Of a stretch of 58,571 bases of DNA, positions 57,417 through 58,571 are shown one piece after another. The stretch lies in the IMG/VR virus record IMGVR_UViG_3300030060_000055, positions 1 through 58,571 of that record; one strand, given 5' to 3'. How positions within the stretch are numbered: position 1 is the stretch's first letter; each line of letters starts with the position of its first letter. The position numbers were made by a program, and so were the translations under genes. The stretch is from a virus (lineage: Duplodnaviria > Caudoviricetes). The notes beneath the pieces were generated by a model. It was not told the DNA's origin and did not search any database. It saw nothing but the letters and a program-made list of their open reading frames with translations.

Positions 57417-57872
57417 ATGACAGATCAAAAGACAAAGAACCCCATAGGTACACTAAGCGTCAAAGAACGCTTATATGCTAGGTATAAGGCTCAAGGCTAT
57501 TCCAATGGCAAGAGCGCAGAGTTAGCCGGATACAAGGGCGGTACAAGTGCAGAAAAGCAAGGCTACAGACTGTCCAAAAAAGCTGATATACAAGACGAAA
57601 TCGCAAGGATATTGGCGGAGCAAGAGACTAGGTCTCTTATTGATAGGGAATCACACCTCGATGAACTGGCAAAGCTAAGGGATAAGGCGGTTGATACAGG
57701 GCAGATCGGCTCAGCAGTAACTGCTGAACATTACCGAGGCAAGGTAGCTAACTTATATACCGAGAGACTAGAAGTCTCAGATGCTAATAAGGAGTCCTCC
57801 GATGAGATAATGACTCGTATCAGTAAACTGCTTGGCAAAGAACAGACCGATAAAGATTCATCTTTACACTAG
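57417..57872 (+). CDS. terS: Terminase small subunit
   Basis: LSVKERLYARY..SAELAGY..GYRL HTH, HLDELAKLRDKA, AEHYRGKVANLY; upstream of terL. Confidence 0.85.
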   Translation: MTDQKTKNPIGTLSVKERLYARYKAQGYSNGKSAELAGYKGGTSAEKQGYRLSKKADIQDEIARILAEQETRSLIDRESHLDELAKLRDKAVDTGQIGSAVTAEHYRGKVANLYTERLEVSDANKESSDEIMTRISKLLGKEQTDKDSSLH

Positions 57873-57962
57873 GGAACTGTTTAAACCTTCTCCAAACTGC
57901 GCAGGTGACGCGTACCAATGTGTTTACACATTTCCTGCGTAGGCGCACACAGTTTTAGCGAC

Positions 57963-58081
57963 ACCCCACCCCCCCTGTACACAAGCGGGACTCCGCACAC
58001 ACACATATACATACTGTTTCAAATTTTCACACAGTAAAAAATGAGTTTTATTTAACAAAGCATTTACATACCCCACCCCCC
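57963..58081. repeat. Duplicated C-rich motif ACCCCACCCCCC
   Basis: Copies at 57963 and 58070 in terS-terL intergenic region. Confidence 0.75.
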
Positions 58082-58292
58082 TAAACACAGATAAACGCTC
58101 TAGGTTCACAGGGCTAGAAAAATTTTGCATATAATTTTGGGGATGTGAGGCTAGTCTATGTTAGTTCCTAATAGCTGTTAACCAGCCTCACGGGGTAGAA
58201 TGGACAGGATTTGTTGAGAGTGTAAGACTGTCCTCTGGAGATACCCTTGCACTACAGTATATAGAGTTGTAATATGGTTGACAATACTACAT

Positions 58293-58571
58293 ATGGGTAT
58301 ATCACAGAAACAGTTGAGAGAGGTTATGGGTCATCTTACAGATGACAATCTTGCTAAGCTTAATGGACCGCAACGTAAGGAACTTGACAACCTCATAGTA
58401 AATTTAGAGAAGGCAGTTGTAAGAGAACAGTCGCAAGATAGTTTCTTGGACTTTGCTGATTCTGTATGGCAAGAGTTTATGTGTGGAGCGCATCATAGAA
58501 AGATGGCTGAAGCTTTTGAGCGTGTAGCTAATGGTGAATGTAAACGCTTGATGATAAACATGCCTCCTAGA
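58293..58571 (+). CDS. terL: Terminase large subunit, N-terminal part (continues at window start)
   Basis: 93 open codons MGISQKQLRE...HHRKMAEAFERVANGECKRLMINMPPR ending at the start of the Walker A region. Confidence 0.92.
   Translation, partial: MGISQKQLREVMGHLTDDNLAKLNGPQRKELDNLIVNLEKAVVREQSQDSFLDFADSVWQEFMCGAHHRKMAEAFERVANGECKRLMINMPPR

Noticed and set aside
57924-58130. 68-aa - strand ORF between terS and terL
   Set aside because: Runs through low-complexity C/CA repeats with no RBS or motif; more likely non-coding

Overview
This window is an essentially complete, circularly permuted ~58.6 kb genome of an AT-rich tailed phage, probably a podovirus. The marine proteobacterial host is inferred from gene content. 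The terminase large subunit is split across the window ends, with a short piece at the junction apparently missing. The + strand late region (1-42.6 kb) runs: terL, portal, GroES-like co-chaperonin, scaffold, capsid, small basic proteins, thermonuclease, adaptors, repeat tail fibre with an S74 chaperone, 2OG-Fe(II) oxygenase, tail tube, ejection proteins including a 3013-aa giant, and lysis genes. Most of the remainder is on the - strand (Mom-like DNA modifier, SSB, ERF, exonuclease, ART-like protein, vWA/AAA pair, SprT-like protease), with a + strand primase-helicase and terS. I recognised no DNA polymerase, RNA polymerase, integrase, tRNA or CRISPR. The most striking feature is a 7-gene cassette between endolysin and spanins: two paralogous membrane proteins, CsgF-like, CsgG, a curlin-like secreted protein, a FecR-domain protein with a curlin-like tail, and a CHASE2 adenylate cyclase. 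This suggests a phage-encoded curli (type VIII) secretion pore coupled to cAMP signalling. Other signals are a strongly over-represented GTTTAAAC palindrome, apparent CCWGG avoidance, a duplicated covarying leader hairpin and two candidate pseudoknot leaders. All family calls come from motif recognition by eye, with no database searches.
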